Assembly: GCA_965222605.1 (NCBI GenBank)
Contig: OZ244960.1
Span: 6,048,001 to 6,112,000 of the forward strand
Reading direction: 5' to 3'
DNA length: 64,000 nt
From: Candidatus Latescibacterota bacterium
GTDB lineage: Bacteria; Latescibacterota; UBA2968
Positions within the stretch are counted from its first letter, which is position 1. The number at the start of each line of letters is the position of its first letter. Under the pieces are notes generated by a model. The model searched no databases. It was not told the DNA's origin and saw nothing but the letters and a program-made list of their open reading frames with translations. Of this stretch, positions 19,926 to 30,789 are shown piece after piece. Position numbers and translations under genes: made by a program.

Positions 19926-21494
19926 ATGAACTACGACTACATCATAATTGGCGCGGGATCGGCAGGGTGTGCTGTTGCTGATCGTTTGAGTGAAAGTAGG
20001 CAGTATCGCGTTTTATTGCTGGAAGCCGGTGGACCAGACGATCGGGACGCGATTCACATTCCTGCGCGATTTCCAGATCTGTTTCATACAGATAAAGATT
20101 GGGATTACGAAACCACACCGCAAGCCGGGTTTAATGGGCGGCAGGATTACGTGCCGCGCGGGAAAATGTATGGCGGTTCAAGTTCTATCAATGCGATGGT
20201 CTATCAGCGAGGTCATCCGAGCAATTACGATCAGTGGGCTGCGATGGGGAATGACGGCTGGGCGTATATTGATGTATTGCCCTATTTCAAGAAGATGCAG
20301 CACCAGACGCGGGGTGGCTCTGAACATCACGGGATAGAAGGCCCGATCCATGTGTCAGATCCTCGGGATCCAAATCCACTGAGTGTGGCGTTTGTCGAAG
20401 CGGCTCAGCAGGTGGGGTTTTGTTTGAATCGAGACTTTAATGACGGGGATCAGGAAGGATTTGGCCTGTATCAGGTTACACAGAAGGAAGGCCAGAGGTG
20501 CAGCGCAGCGGTGGGGTATTTGCATCCGGCATTGGAACGAGACAACTTCACCGCGATTCCATACGCCCACGTTACACGCCTTGAATTTGACGGAAACAGG
20601 TGTGTTGGTGTTCATTATGTGCGCGAAGGGAAGGCGCAGGAGGTTGAGGCTGGTAGAGAAGTGGTACTTTGTGGCGGGGCAATCAATTCGCCTCAGTTGC
20701 TGATGCTGTCGGGCATTGGTCCGCCAGAACACCTCAACGCGCTGAGTATTCCGGTTGTAAAGGCATTGCCAGGCGTGGGACAAAATTTGATGGAGCACGT
20801 TCAGGTAGGGGTTGCGTATGCCTGTAATGAGGAGATTACGCAGGCTGGTAAAGACAACCCTGAGCAAGCGATCAGATATCAGAACGAAAGAATGGGGTTG
20901 CTCACTTCCAATTTGGGTGAAGCTGGCGGGTTTGTGAAATTGTCTGCCGATGCGTCTGCGCCAGAATTGCAATTTCATTTTGGACCTGATTGGTTTGTTT
21001 TGCACGGGTTTCAAGAGATGGAAGGACACGGATTCACAATTCTTCCAGGACTGGTGGGCACAAAAAGCGTGGGAGACCTTAAGCTGCGTTCGGCAGATCC
21101 GTTTGAAGCACCATTGATCAATCCCCAATTCCTGGTTGACGAGGCAGATGTGCGTGTGATGCTGAAAGGTGTTAAATTGGCGCGCAAAATTGCACGGGCA
21201 TCAGCTTTTGACCGATACCGCGGGCAAGAGTTTTTGCCGGGGGATGATGTGCAGGATGATCATGCACTGGTTGACTTTATTCGCAATTATTCAACGAGCA
21301 TTTATCATCCGGTGGGTACGTGTAAGATGGGCAACGATGATATGGCCGTGGTGAACAACCGACTTCAGGTACACGGAATTGAGGGGTTGCGCATAGCAGA
21401 TGCTTCGATTATGCCATTCATTGTCAATGCAAATACCAACGCGCCCTGTATGATGATCGGGGAGAAAGCCGCAGATATGATTCTGGGTGACTAA
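19926..21494 (+). CDS. GMC oxidoreductase (choline dehydrogenase-like)
   Basis: GAGSAG, RGKMYGGSSSINAM, GAINSPQLLMLSGIG, YHPVGTCKMG, NTNAP. Confidence 0.92.
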   Translation: MNYDYIIIGAGSAGCAVADRLSESRQYRVLLLEAGGPDDRDAIHIPARFPDLFHTDKDWDYETTPQAGFNGRQDYVPRGKMYGGSSSINAMVYQRGHPSNYDQWAAMGNDGWAYIDVLPYFKKMQHQTRGGSEHHGIEGPIHVSDPRDPNPLSVAFVEAAQQVGFCLNRDFNDGDQEGFGLYQVTQKEGQRCSAAVGYLHPALERDNFTAIPYAHVTRLEFDGNRCVGVHYVREGKAQEVEAGREVVLCGGAINSPQLLMLSGIGPPEHLNALSIPVVKALPGVGQNLMEHVQVGVAYACNEEITQAGKDNPEQAIRYQNERMGLLTSNLGEAGGFVKLSADASAPELQFHFGPDWFVLHGFQEMEGHGFTILPGLVGTKSVGDLKLRSADPFEAPLINPQFLVDEADVRVMLKGVKLARKIARASAFDRYRGQEFLPGDDVQDDHALVDFIRNYSTSIYHPVGTCKMGNDDMAVVNNRLQVHGIEGLRIADASIMPFIVNANTNAPCMMIGEKAADMILGD

Positions 21495-21537
21495 ATTCAC
21501 TCGAAGGCATTGCTGGGTAAATAAGAAAGGATCCTGT

Positions 21538-23025
21538 ATGGCAGAGAAACCCAATGTGATCGTAATTTTTACAGATGATCAGGGATATGGTGACGCGAGT
21601 TGCTTGAATCCAGATGCGAAGTTTCAAACGCCAAATCTGGATCGGTTAGCAGCAGAAGGGATCGCTTTTACCAATGGGCATTGCTCAGATACGGTTTGCA
21701 CACCTTCACGTTATGGATTGCTGACTGGACGCTATTCCTGGCGGACGTTGAAGAAACAGGGCGTTTTTCCCGCCGAAGTGCCGTGTCTGATTACAGACGA
21801 ACGCATGACGCTGGCTTCAATGTTTGGGGCAATTGGATATGATACGGCGATGGTGGGCAAGTGGCATCTGGGTATGAATTTTCCTGGCGAGGTGGGCAAT
21901 CGCGATTGGAGTCAGCCTGTTACCGATATGCCGTTGGATAAGAGTTTTGATTATTTCTATGGCATACCCGCTTCGCTCAATTACGGAATTCTCGCCTGGT
22001 TTGAAGGGCGATATGCCAAAGTACCGCCGACAGTTTATACGGCTAAGAAACCCAATAACCGGCATGTGGATTATCGCATCATGCCGCCGTATGAGAACAC
22101 ACCTGAAGAAACGCTTGAAGCATTGGGCACAATGGGGATGGAGGTTGCGCCTGATTTTATTGACAATGAGTGTTTGACACGGTTTACCGATAAGGCGATT
22201 GAGTGGATGCAGGGCAAAGAAGCAAGCGTCAAAAGTGGTAAGCCGTTTTTTTTGTACCTGCCATTTACATCGCCGCACTATCCCGTATGCCCGCGTGAGG
22301 AATTTTGGAATCAGGGCGATTGTGGTGGCTATGGGGAGTTTGTGATTGAGACAGATCACCATGTAGGGCGCGTGCTGAATTATCTGGAACAGTCGGGATT
22401 GGATGACAATACTATTGTTGCATACGCCAGTGATAATGGCCCTGAGAATTCGTGGCGTGGACGGATTGAAGAATTTGGTCATCATAGCAATGGTATTTAT
22501 CGCGGAGGTAAAAGGGATATTTACGAAGGTGGACATCGTGTGCCATTTTTTATGCGGTGGCCCAAAGGCATTCAGAATCCCGGGCGCAAATGTGATGATC
22601 TGGTAGGCCTGGTCGATTTGATGGCGACTTTTGTTGAGGTTGTGGGTGCCGAGTTGCCTGCTGATGCGGGCGAAGATAGCCAGAGTTTTGCGAAGATACT
22701 CAGTGATTCTGACACACCCCATGAACGATTGCCTTTGATTAACCATGGTGCTGGGGGACGGTTTGCGATTACAGAAGGCACGTGGAAGCTGATTATGGCG
22801 CACAAGGATGAGCCGTTGGAGCTTTATGATCTCGCGAATGATCATAGTGAGGCAAAAAACGTGATTGGTGATCACCCTGAGATTGTAGCAGACCTGACCG
22901 ATAAAATTACAAGCATTGTGTGCAATGGGCGTACGACCCCTGGAGAGAATCAGGCGAACGATACCGATTACTGGGATGATTTGACGTGGATTTCATCTGA
23001 GGATTATCGGGCAAGGCAACATTAA
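21538..23025 (+). CDS. Arylsulfatase family protein
   Basis: DDQGYGD, CTPSRYGLLTGRY, GKWHLG, SDNGP, YEGGHRVP. Confidence 0.92.
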   Translation: MAEKPNVIVIFTDDQGYGDASCLNPDAKFQTPNLDRLAAEGIAFTNGHCSDTVCTPSRYGLLTGRYSWRTLKKQGVFPAEVPCLITDERMTLASMFGAIGYDTAMVGKWHLGMNFPGEVGNRDWSQPVTDMPLDKSFDYFYGIPASLNYGILAWFEGRYAKVPPTVYTAKKPNNRHVDYRIMPPYENTPEETLEALGTMGMEVAPDFIDNECLTRFTDKAIEWMQGKEASVKSGKPFFLYLPFTSPHYPVCPREEFWNQGDCGGYGEFVIETDHHVGRVLNYLEQSGLDDNTIVAYASDNGPENSWRGRIEEFGHHSNGIYRGGKRDIYEGGHRVPFFMRWPKGIQNPGRKCDDLVGLVDLMATFVEVVGAELPADAGEDSQSFAKILSDSDTPHERLPLINHGAGGRFAITEGTWKLIMAHKDEPLELYDLANDHSEAKNVIGDHPEIVADLTDKITSIVCNGRTTPGENQANDTDYWDDLTWISSEDYRARQH

Positions 23026-23040
23026 AGAAAGGATTAAGAC

Positions 23041-23385
23041 ATGAATCAACCCCTGGAGTTGAAGAGATATTTTTGGGACGCAGTTGTTGCAACCATGTTT
23101 TGCTCGTTGGTTACCACATCAGAAACAGGTGCACAACCTGGCGTAAGTGAAGATGCAGGTACAAAGGATGCAGAAGACTGGGTTGAACGTTACGAATCTC
23201 ACGTTTTCAACGAGATGCCATATCGGCTGTTGAAGCCCATAGATTTTGATTCGGACAAGCGCTACCCTGTTATCGTTTCATTGCATGGTGGAGGTGGCCG
23301 AGGGACAGATAATCGAAAACAATTGCGTGCCTGGAATAAACCTCTTGCAGACGAGCAGATGCGAACAGATTATCCCTCGCTGTGA
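23041..23385 (+). pseudogene. Truncated predicted peptidase/esterase (alpha/beta fold)
   Basis: MPYRLLKP...YPVIVSLHGGGGRGTDN..QL, then stop before any GxSxG. Confidence 0.6.
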
Positions 23386-23581
23386 GTAGATTTTTTCGCA
23401 CTTGATGAAGAACAGCATGTTCATATCTCGGAATGTAAATTGAACATTGTGTTGCAAATGACGGTTTATTTTTTTGTCATTTAATTCATAAATATATATA
23501 AATAAAAGATTTGAAAAATCTCTCGATCAACGGCACCGATTTTGCCTGATGTCGTGGAAAACAATATCAGGGAGATGGGAT

Positions 23582-24274
23582 ATGAATGGCTTGGTGAAAA
23601 ACAGAGGAGGTATCGCAGGCGTGGCGGATGTGGATATGCCACGAGAAAAACTCGAGCGTTTGGGACCAGAGGGATTGCGCGATGATGAGTTGCTGGCGAT
23701 TTTGCTGCGAACGGGATACGAAGGCCGAAATGTGCTGGAATTTTCGCGTGCGATATTCAATCGCTTTTCAGTTAAAGAACTCGTGGATATGGATGTGAAA
23801 AAGCTCACGACAATCAAGGGAATCGGCCGGGCAAAAGCCGCGGGTTTGGTTGCGGGATTTGAACTGGCAAAACGGGGGCTTAACCAGGGGATGGGGATTG
23901 AGCCTACTATTACCAGCCCAGCCGATGTTTTGGGGCTGCTGACAGATATCAAAGATCTGCGCAAGGAATATTTTGTGGCGCTTTTTCTCAATGCGCGAAA
24001 TCAGGTGATTTGCCGCGAAAATGTGTCGGTTGGCTCGCTCAACGCCTCACTCGTGCATCCGCGAGAGGTGTTTGTCCCTGCCGTGGGGTCGTCTGCTGCA
24101 AGTGTGATTTTGGCACACAACCACCCCAGCGGCGATGTGACACCGAGCCGAGAAGATATTGAACTCACGCGCCGTATGGTGCAGGCCGGTGAGATTATGG
24201 GGATCGAGGTGTTGGACCATCTGATCGTCGGGTCAGAGCGGTTCTTGAGTATGAAAGAGGCGAATGTTTTTTAG
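23582..24274 (+). CDS. radC: RadC family JAB-domain protein
   Basis: PREKL, ELLAILLRTG, VHPREVF, AHNHPSGD, LDHLIVG. Confidence 0.93.
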   Translation: MNGLVKNRGGIAGVADVDMPREKLERLGPEGLRDDELLAILLRTGYEGRNVLEFSRAIFNRFSVKELVDMDVKKLTTIKGIGRAKAAGLVAGFELAKRGLNQGMGIEPTITSPADVLGLLTDIKDLRKEYFVALFLNARNQVICRENVSVGSLNASLVHPREVFVPAVGSSAASVILAHNHPSGDVTPSREDIELTRRMVQAGEIMGIEVLDHLIVGSERFLSMKEANVF

Positions 24275-24282
24275 GTGGTGAT

Positions 24283-25092
24283 ATGAGGCGAATATTAACA
24301 CTGACGACAGATTTTGGCATTTCTGATGGCTATGTCGCTGCGATGAAGGGCGTGGTGCTTAGCTGTATGCCAGAAGCTCGAATCGTAGATATAACACATC
24401 AAGTGCCGCCTCAGGATATTGCTGCTGGTGCTTTTGCTATGTATTGCGCGTGCCCTTTTTTTCCTGAGGGTAGCGTGCATGTTGGAGTGGTTGACCCGGG
24501 GGTGGGGAGTGATCGCCGGGGCATTGTCGTTGAAACGGAGCAATTTGTATATGTCGGACCGGATAATGGTCTGTTCTCTCCTGTTTATGAGCGAGAAATA
24601 GTACGGCGCATTGTAGCAATTGAAAATACGGCATTGATGCGCCCGCAAGTCAGTTCGACATTTCACGGACGAGATGTATTTGCCCTGGTGGGGGCGCATT
24701 TACTCAGGGGGGTGTCATGTGGGGAGGTGGGGACGGAAATTGAGGATCCGGTTACATGCGATTTGTGGGGCGTTGAAGAACGCGCCGATGCACTCGTTGG
24801 GCGGGTGGTGTGTATTGACCATTTTGGCAATGCGATTTCAATGATTGCGCGGTCGCAAATTGATGCAAAATATCCCGGTGGAGATTTTGAGATTATCATT
24901 GGCAAGACACGGTTTGATCGAATATACCAGACGTATAGTCAGGTCAAAGAGGGAGAAGCTCTGGCACTTTACGGCAGTTTGGATACGCTGGAGATCGCGG
25001 TTTGCGGGGGTAGTGCAGGCAGGATGCTCGGTGTAAAACGAGGGGATGAGATTTATGTTTGTAGAGGTCAGGAGAGGAGAGATAGCAGTTGA
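24283..25092 (+). CDS. DUF62 / SAM hydroxide adenosyltransferase family protein
   Basis: TLTTDFG, VVDPGVGSDRR, GPDNG, STFHGRDVFA, IDHFGN. Confidence 0.9.
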   Translation: MRRILTLTTDFGISDGYVAAMKGVVLSCMPEARIVDITHQVPPQDIAAGAFAMYCACPFFPEGSVHVGVVDPGVGSDRRGIVVETEQFVYVGPDNGLFSPVYEREIVRRIVAIENTALMRPQVSSTFHGRDVFALVGAHLLRGVSCGEVGTEIEDPVTCDLWGVEERADALVGRVVCIDHFGNAISMIARSQIDAKYPGGDFEIIIGKTRFDRIYQTYSQVKEGEALALYGSLDTLEIAVCGGSAGRMLGVKRGDEIYVCRGQERRDSS

Positions 25093-25757
25093 GAAATGCG
25101 GTCTATTTCAATATCGGGCTGTTCTGTTGGGGTTTGAGGCTTTCTGTTTTTTTGTCGCCCATGGCGCATGTGTACAGTGGTCATACCCAGGGTTTTTGCC
25201 GTGGCGATCTCATCGGTGAGTTTGTCGCCCACGCATAGAATTTGGGCGTGGGGCAGGGATAGTGCTCTCGCTGCTTGCGTGAGAGATGGTGCTTTATCAC
25301 TGCTTTTTTGGTCGTCGTGTAGAATGAGGGTATTGTCGGCTTCTCTAAAATAATCGCACAAGCCGAGAAGGCGAATTTTTTCGCGCTGGCGATCGGGATT
25401 GCCAGAGGTGACAAGGGCGAGTTGATAACCCCGTTGAACAAGGGTAGTGAGGGTGGGAAGTACATCGGGGAAAGGCGCGATGGCTTCCACGTTGCGGGGA
25501 TTGTAGGCGTTGAGTGCTTTTTCTATGATGTTGGGCGGGATATTGTATTGCGTGCCGAGTGCGCGAATGGCCTCTGAAGACCCATGCGTTTGGGAAAGCA
25601 ATACCTGTTGCCGATAGCCAGTCTCAATTGAGAGATCGGGATGTGCTGAAGCGAGGATTTGAGCAGCTCTGCGGCGCGCCGGTTGGGTGAGTTGCCCCGT
25701 GCAGTCAAAGAGGGTGTCGTCGAGGTCAAAAATAATGCCTCTAATTTTTGCCGTCAT
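25068..25757 (-). CDS. HAD family hydrolase
   Basis: IIFDLDDTL, LVTSG, VGDKLTDEI. Confidence 0.85.
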   Translation of the reverse strand: MTAKIRGIIFDLDDTLFDCTGQLTQPARRRAAQILASAHPDLSIETGYRQQVLLSQTHGSSEAIRALGTQYNIPPNIIEKALNAYNPRNVEAIAPFPDVLPTLTTLVQRGYQLALVTSGNPDRQREKIRLLGLCDYFREADNTLILHDDQKSSDKAPSLTQAARALSLPHAQILCVGDKLTDEIATAKTLGMTTVHMRHGRQKNRKPQTPTEQPDIEIDRISQLLSLLS

Positions 25758-27712
25758 TCGTCCAGGCCCCAATAGTCGGGCACGCTCAGGCCGCAGAAAA
25801 TGCGACAGATCGCATCGGCGACTTTGGCCGGGTCGTGGCTGATAAAATCTCCCGCGCCGCGCTCTATGGCATCGGGATGAAATTCTTCTAAAAAGTCTGC
25901 GCGGGTCCAGGGACCGAGTGCGTCGAGCGTTTCTGAATCGCATTCAACGAGGACTTTGCCATCTTTTTTGTACTTCTTGAGCAATGGGTGCCAGTCCTTG
26001 CCTTTAGATGTTTGGAATATACGGGGGTTCTGTACGAGCATGTGATCGATGATGCCATCGCGCTGATTTTTGGGAAGGTGATTGAGGATGGCTTTGAGAT
26101 GGTCAGAAGCTCTAAAAACATCGGTTTGCCCGGGTTGTGTGACGATGTTGCAAACATAGATGGTTTTGCCCTGGGTGCGTTTGATCAGTGCTCCTTGGAT
26201 GTCGGGCACGAGGAGGTTGGTGATGACACTTGTGTACAAGCTGCCCGGTCCAATGACGACGACATCTGCATCGGCAATGGCTTGCAAAGCCCCACGCGGT
26301 GCTCTGATCTGATTTTGTTCCAGACGCACTTTGTGCCCCTGGCGCACGCGGATCTCTACCTGCTCGGTTTCGGGGTCTATGACGCGCTCAAGTGCGCTGT
26401 TTTTGCGATTGAGTTCGCGCAAGAGTGCGTCATTGGTGACGAGATACGCCCGCTCAATTGGTGGTTTGTCGGGTTTTCTGACCATCCATTCGGTATATCG
26501 ATGTTCGCCGTTTGTCAGTTTGGTGCAAATATCGACATTGTCGATGCTGGCCGGGAAAACTGTACCCTGCACATGCAACATGTCGCTGGCTGTTTTTATG
26601 GCCGCGTGAAAATCGCCGAGTTGCTGAGTGAGTGCGGCTACGAGAAAATTGCCAATATGGTCGTTTTTAAAAATACCGGATTCTTGTTCGCTGTTGGGAA
26701 AGCGGTGCTGGAAAACGTTGAAAAGCCCCTGAGATATCTGTTCGGGATCGGCGAGTGCTGTGAGAGCATTGCGAATGTCACCGGGGGGCTGTACTCCCAA
26801 ATTCCAGCGGATGCGCCCCGAGGAAGCTCCGCTATCGGTCACGGCAACGACGGCTGTTGGATGTCGAGTATAGGGTCGTAGCCCGCGCAAAACAGTGGGC
26901 AGACCGGTGCCGCCGCCGATAACGGCAATTCTGAATCGGTCGGGTGATTTGCCGATCCGCGAGAGATGCAATAATGTGGATAGTTGGGCGAGGTATTTGA
27001 TTTCGTAGTCGGGGCGGTCGCCTATCGCGGGTGTTTCGCGGGAGAATCTTCCGCGCCGCAACCAGACTGTGGTGAGGCCCTGGCGATTGCCCGCGCGGAT
27101 TTCGTCATGGGTGCGGTCGCCAACGACGACGAGTTGGTCGGCAGAAAGGTTGTGGCTTTCCATGAGTTCTGAAAACCAGTAGGCGTGTGCAGGGGGACCT
27201 TCGTTGATGATGCGATCAAAATAAGGGGCAATGCCCAGGCGATCTATTTTGTTGCGCTGACGGCGCGCCCTGCCCAGTGTGACGAGAAATAGTTTATAGC
27301 CCGCGTGGCGCAATTCCCGAAGGGTATGTAAGGCGTCGGGGTAGGGGCGAATGTCTTCTACATCTTCGGCATTGTAAACGCGCTCCATTTCAGCTACAAG
27401 GACTTCGACCGGCTCGGCTTCCGGGTCGGTATTTTGTTTGTCAAGAAAACGGCGTACCTGATCAGGTTTGTCTTTGAAGACGGCTTTGGCGATATCAAAA
27501 AAAGCGAAATAATAAGGCGAGGATGAATAATAAGGACCGTGTTTGCGTTCGAGCGTATTGATGCGCTGGAGTGCATAGGCGCGGGTAGAAAAAAAACCGT
27601 TTGAAAACAGAAAGGTGGCAACGCGTTGACGCGCGGCATGTACGACGGGTGTCAGGTCAAAGAGGGTTCCGTCGAGGTCGAATACGATTGCGCGGGCATT
27701 TTCCAGGGACAC
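25754..27712 (-). CDS. HAD hydrolase fused to a YvcK/GlmR (CofD/UPF0052) domain
   Basis: N-terminal FDLDGTL...VGDRTHDEI; C-terminal IGGGTGL, VAVTDSGASSG, PPGDIRN, IGPGSLYTS, TQPGQTD, HDP. Confidence 0.85.
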   Translation of the reverse strand: MSLENARAIVFDLDGTLFDLTPVVHAARQRVATFLFSNGFFSTRAYALQRINTLERKHGPYYSSSPYYFAFFDIAKAVFKDKPDQVRRFLDKQNTDPEAEPVEVLVAEMERVYNAEDVEDIRPYPDALHTLRELRHAGYKLFLVTLGRARRQRNKIDRLGIAPYFDRIINEGPPAHAYWFSELMESHNLSADQLVVVGDRTHDEIRAGNRQGLTTVWLRRGRFSRETPAIGDRPDYEIKYLAQLSTLLHLSRIGKSPDRFRIAVIGGGTGLPTVLRGLRPYTRHPTAVVAVTDSGASSGRIRWNLGVQPPGDIRNALTALADPEQISQGLFNVFQHRFPNSEQESGIFKNDHIGNFLVAALTQQLGDFHAAIKTASDMLHVQGTVFPASIDNVDICTKLTNGEHRYTEWMVRKPDKPPIERAYLVTNDALLRELNRKNSALERVIDPETEQVEIRVRQGHKVRLEQNQIRAPRGALQAIADADVVVIGPGSLYTSVITNLLVPDIQGALIKRTQGKTIYVCNIVTQPGQTDVFRASDHLKAILNHLPKNQRDGIIDHMLVQNPRIFQTSKGKDWHPLLKKYKKDGKVLVECDSETLDALGPWTRADFLEEFHPDAIERGAGDFISHDPAKVADAICRIFCGLSVPDYWGLDE

Positions 27713-27813
27713 GGCACATCTCCGCGATTGAGTTGTGGGTTCAAAGGGGAAGATAAGACTTTTTAGGTTAAGAAAAAAAATAAAAGTGGGGAAGAAGAAA
27801 GATTGTGCAGATA

Positions 27814-28512
27814 ATGTGGAAAATTTGGAAGGCGGCACTCAATTTTGTTTATCCGTCATCTTGTATGATTTGCAAAACATCGCTGCCGGATTCGCCGGGG
27901 CTGTGTGATTCGTGTTGGGATGATATCGATATTTGGGATTCGGGATTACGCGAGGTGGGGTTTGAGCACGAATTTGATCAGATAGTTATTTTGTATCAAT
28001 TTAATGATTGTGTTCGATCTCTAATTCACGCGCTCAAATACCGGGGAAAAACACTTCCTGGACAGATATTTGGGAAGGCTTTGGGGCAGCGCATTGCGGA
28101 CCTCTTCGCACCCGATACGGTGATTGTCCCGGTGCCACTTCACGCTGCAAAAAAAAGAGCACGCGGATACAATCAAAGTGAGATTATTGCACGGGCTACG
28201 GGACGGGTGTCGGGTTTGCAAGTGATGTCAAACGCGCTGAAAAGAGTGCGGCCAACTCCTACGCAGACGCAACTGGGCGTTTTGGAACGTCAATACAATG
28301 TACAGGGCGCATTTCACGTGCGCCGTCCCGCGTCTATTGAGGGACGAAAGATATTTCTGATTGACGATGTCATCACAACGGGCGCGACGCTAAATGCATG
28401 TGTTCTGGCACTTAGATCTGCGGGGGCGCAATGCGTGTCTGTTGGTGCTGTTGCCAGTCCCCCATTGGGAGAAGATGATCTGTCTCAAGACGTAGAAAAA
28501 TCGAGGTCTTGA
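27814..28512 (+). CDS. comF: ComF family amidophosphoribosyltransferase-like protein
   Basis: CxxC-CxxC, VPVPLH, RGYNQS, LIDDVITTGAT. Confidence 0.85.
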   Translation: MWKIWKAALNFVYPSSCMICKTSLPDSPGLCDSCWDDIDIWDSGLREVGFEHEFDQIVILYQFNDCVRSLIHALKYRGKTLPGQIFGKALGQRIADLFAPDTVIVPVPLHAAKKRARGYNQSEIIARATGRVSGLQVMSNALKRVRPTPTQTQLGVLERQYNVQGAFHVRRPASIEGRKIFLIDDVITTGATLNACVLALRSAGAQCVSVGAVASPPLGEDDLSQDVEKSRS

Positions 28513-28561
28513 CTCTATCTTTAATATTTTAGTGAGCGCTCCTGCGATAAATACAACGGGC

Positions 28562-28590
28562 TTGACAGGTATGTTGCAATATCTTAAACT
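28562..28590 (+). promoter_or_regulatory. Sigma70-like promoter of the glycolytic operon
   Basis: TTGACA -17 bp- TAAACT upstream of pfkA. Confidence 0.55.
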
Positions 28591-28661
28591 TCAGATCTTT
28601 GAAAATCTTAAAGGGCTCAGGCGATTATGCCCCTGATCGTGATTTTGCAAGAGGAGATATT

Positions 28662-29702
28662 ATGTCTGTAAAACGCGTTGGCATACTTACAGGTGGCGGC
28701 GATTGCCCAGGCCTTAATGCGGTGATCCGCGCGATTGTACGCAAGGGCATTATGGTTTACAATTGCGACATGACGGGTGTACAGGAGGGATGGCGAGGGA
28801 TGCTTGAGGGGTTGTCAGTGCCTCTGGATTTGAACGCTGTTTCGGGAATTTTGCCGCGCGGGGGTACAATTTTGGGATCGTCGCGGACAAATCCGTATCA
28901 AGATGGTGCAGATGGCGGTGCGCTCGTGCGAGCGGGGATGGAGAAAATGGGTCTGGACGCGCTAATTGCTATTGGGGGCGATGATACGCTCGGTGTGGCC
29001 CATCGTCTTACAGATCAGGGCATCAAAGTAGTAGGCGTGCCCAAAACCATTGATAATGATCTGGATGGCACAGACCAAACCTTTGGTTTTGATACGGCTA
29101 TCAATATCGTGATGGAGGCGATTGACCGCCTGCACACAACAGCCGAATCTCACAACCGCGTGATGGTCGTCGAGGTTATGGGCCGCCATGCGGGTTGGAT
29201 TGCCGTGGAAGCCGGTATTGCAGGGGGAGCGGATGTGATCCTGATTCCTGAAGTCCCGTTTGATCTGGATGATGTGTGCAATACGATCAGAAAACGCCAT
29301 GCCCGCGGCAAGACATTCAGTATTGTCGTGGCTGCTGAAGGCGCCAAGCTCGATGATGACAGTATGGTTTTGCAATCTCAGGAAAAAGATGCATTTGGGC
29401 ATGTTCGTCTGGGTGGCATTGGCAATTTGCTGAGTGATGAGATTGAGCGGCGCACTGGATACGAAAGTCGCGCAACTGTGCTGGGTCATATTCAACGCGG
29501 GGGCAGTCCCTCTGCTTATGATCGGGTGCTGGGGACGCGATTTGGAATTGCTGCAATTGATCTGGTACACGAAGACAATTTTGGCAAAATGGTGGCGCTG
29601 CGCGGGCAAAATATTATTGCGATTGATTTGAAAGAGGCCGTGTCGAAATTGCGCACCGTGGATATGGGGCTTTACGATATTGCCAAAGTATTTTTTGGAT
29701 AA
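28662..29702 (+). CDS. pfkA: 6-phosphofructokinase
   Basis: [51 protein letters not shown]. Confidence 0.95.
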   Translation: MSVKRVGILTGGGDCPGLNAVIRAIVRKGIMVYNCDMTGVQEGWRGMLEGLSVPLDLNAVSGILPRGGTILGSSRTNPYQDGADGGALVRAGMEKMGLDALIAIGGDDTLGVAHRLTDQGIKVVGVPKTIDNDLDGTDQTFGFDTAINIVMEAIDRLHTTAESHNRVMVVEVMGRHAGWIAVEAGIAGGADVILIPEVPFDLDDVCNTIRKRHARGKTFSIVVAAEGAKLDDDSMVLQSQEKDAFGHVRLGGIGNLLSDEIERRTGYESRATVLGHIQRGGSPSAYDRVLGTRFGIAAIDLVHEDNFGKMVALRGQNIIAIDLKEAVSKLRTVDMGLYDIAKVFFG

Positions 29703-29719
29703 AGAGTTTGGAGGAAATT

Positions 29720-30751
29720 ATGGTGGGACTAAGAGTAGGGATCAATGGGTTTGGGCGGATTGGGCGGCTGGTATTTCGCGCGGCTATGGCGCGTGGTCTC
29801 AATGTGGTGGCTGTAAACGATTTGACCGATGCTGCAAGTCTGGCGCATTTGCTCAAATACGATTCGACACACGGGCGGTATCCCGGATGTGTTAAACATC
29901 GGGAAAACGGCGTGCAAGTTGAGAAGTCATCGGTTGACGCGCTTGTAGTAGATGGCAAAAGGGTAGCTGTTTTGTCCAAACGCGACCCCTCACAATTGCC
30001 ATGGAGGTCATTGGGTGTGGATGTGGTGGTTGAATCGACGGGCTTTTTTACTGATAAAGAGTCCGCGAGTGCCCATTTGGGAGAAAATGGTGCGAAAAAG
30101 GTGATTATTTCTGCGCCCGCCAAGGGGGATTTGCCCACTGTGGTGATGGGAATTAACGATGATGTCTTGCAAGAAGATGATACGGTCATTTCCAATGCCT
30201 CGTGTACGACCAATTGTTTGGCACCTATGGTGAGTGTGTTGCACGCTTCTTTTGGCGTTGTACACGGGCTTATGACCACTATCCATTCTTATACGGGCGA
30301 TCAACGCCTCATCGATGCGCCCCATTCGGATATGCGCCGGGCGCGGTCTGCTGCCCTGTCGATGATTCCGACGACTACGGGCGCGGCGAGCGCGGTGGGT
30401 CTGGTTATTCCCGAACTCAATGGCAAACTCGATGGCATGGCCGTGCGCGTGCCCACGCCAGATGGTTCATTTACCGATTTTGTCGCAGTGCTAAAAAAAG
30501 AGGTAACTGCAGAAGAGGTGAACAATGCCTTCAAGTGTGCAGCGCATGGGCGTTTGAAAGGGATTTTGGAATATACCGATGATCCCATTGTTTCTGCTGA
30601 CATCCTGGGGAATGCTCATTCTTGTATTTTCGATTCGATGATTACCACGGTGATGGCCGGCAACATGGTGAAGGTGTGTGGGTGGTACGACAATGAGTGG
30701 GGGTATTCCAATCGGTGCGTGGATTTGATCGCGAAGTTGGCGGGGATGTAG
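29720..30751 (+). CDS. gap: Glyceraldehyde-3-phosphate dehydrogenase
   Basis: [31 protein letters not shown]. Confidence 0.97.
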   Translation: MVGLRVGINGFGRIGRLVFRAAMARGLNVVAVNDLTDAASLAHLLKYDSTHGRYPGCVKHRENGVQVEKSSVDALVVDGKRVAVLSKRDPSQLPWRSLGVDVVVESTGFFTDKESASAHLGENGAKKVIISAPAKGDLPTVVMGINDDVLQEDDTVISNASCTTNCLAPMVSVLHASFGVVHGLMTTIHSYTGDQRLIDAPHSDMRRARSAALSMIPTTTGAASAVGLVIPELNGKLDGMAVRVPTPDGSFTDFVAVLKKEVTAEEVNNAFKCAAHGRLKGILEYTDDPIVSADILGNAHSCIFDSMITTVMAGNMVKVCGWYDNEWGYSNRCVDLIAKLAGM

Positions 30752-30789
30752 AAATAGTCGCGGCTTTTGACTTTCTGAGAGGCGATGGC

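Noticed and set aside
21817-22875. Long antisense ORFs (also 7031-7903, 20355-21128, 25988-26881, 51159-52088, 61775-62632, 62690-63436)
   Set aside because: They are shadows of well-supported genes on the opposite strand and have no recognisable motifs
24283-25092. SAM-dependent fluorinase or chlorinase
   Set aside because: It retains the DPG..R and TFHGRD Asp-Arg-His residues typical of DUF62 SAM hydrolases
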